Source: Ilumatobacteraceae bacterium
GTDB taxonomy: Bacteria > Actinomycetota > Acidimicrobiia > Acidimicrobiales > Ilumatobacteraceae
DNA: 64,000 nt
Direction: 5' to 3'
NCBI GenBank assembly: GCA_023262325.1
Contig: JALRBS010000118.1
Location: 3,199-67,198 of the forward strand
Shown here: positions 63,884-64,000 of the stretch, piece by piece
How positions within the stretch are numbered: position 1 is the first letter of the stretch
How the letters are laid out: each line of letters begins with the position of its first letter
Program-made: the position numbers and the translations under genes
The notes under the pieces: model-generated
What the model saw: the letters and a program-made list of their open reading frames with translations, nothing else
Told to the model about the DNA's origin: nothing
Database searches by the model: none

Positions 63884-64000
63884 ATGGATCGCTCGCAGTG
63901 GATTGCGAAGCACATACGGGAGATTGAGGATTATCCAATTGACGGTGTGACCTTCCGTGATGTCACGCCTCTGCTAGCGGATGCGCCGGCATTCGGTCGT
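63884..64000 (+). CDS. apt: adenine phosphoribosyltransferase, N-terminal fragment (3' end outside window)
   Basis: This ORF is absent from the track because only 39 codons are visible. MDRSQWIAKHIREIEDYPIDGVTFRDVTPLLADAPAFGR matches the Apt N-terminus. The position after secF matches the actinobacterial secDF-apt-relA order. Confidence 0.75.
   Translation, partial: MDRSQWIAKHIREIEDYPIDGVTFRDVTPLLADAPAFGR

Noticed and set aside
1-64000. A search by eye for mobile elements, prophage genes, CRISPR arrays, toxin-antitoxin or defence-system genes, rRNA genes and large repeats.
   Set aside because: I found none. Every ORF of substantial length has a housekeeping or metabolic family assignment or is a small conserved-hypothetical type. 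There are no integrase, transposase or recombinase motifs and no spaced direct-repeat arrays. Composition looks uniform, apart from the AT-rich promoter patch at 7246-7330.

Overview
This is a gene-dense 64-kb chromosomal core segment from a high-GC Actinomycetota genome. Lineage markers seen in the window are the mycothiol genes mshC and mshD, two LLM-class F420-dependent oxidoreductases plus an F420:NADPH oxidoreductase, an InhA-type FabI, and the thrS-HIT-pgsA1-patA-pimA phosphatidylinositol-mannoside cluster. Retention of queA-tgt hints at a lineage outside Mycobacterium/Streptomyces, possibly Acidimicrobiia-like, but that is only a guess. I annotate 65 protein-coding genes (two cut by the window edges), one tRNA-Val(CAC) and one candidate small RNA. 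Content includes citrate synthase and aconitase, gltBD, ddl/murF, alanine dehydrogenase with an Lrp regulator, hisCBHAF, pdxST, and yebC-bcp-ruvCAB-queA-tgt-yajC-secDF-apt. I saw no rRNA, CRISPR, transposase, integrase or phage genes. The points most worth a second look are these. (1) A TetR-gated, translationally coupled operon at 18154-24300 joins a fatty-acyl-reductase/HAD fusion, a Zn-ADH, a LarA-like DUF2088 protein and a PlsC acyltransferase. (2) The only sizeable non-coding gap (7246-7487) holds a promoter, three hairpins (two with CCCCCC loops) and a terminator, which looks like a 6C-type sRNA divergent from a LysR gene. (3) The aconitase is of the mitochondrial type. (4) A TANNNT hexamer sits 6-7 nt upstream of the start codon at about 15 genes, implying widespread leaderless mRNAs. 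I used this signature to re-call several starts. (5) ddl and murF are head-to-head with overlapping start codons. All calls come from reading the sequence and the ORF track. No database search was run.
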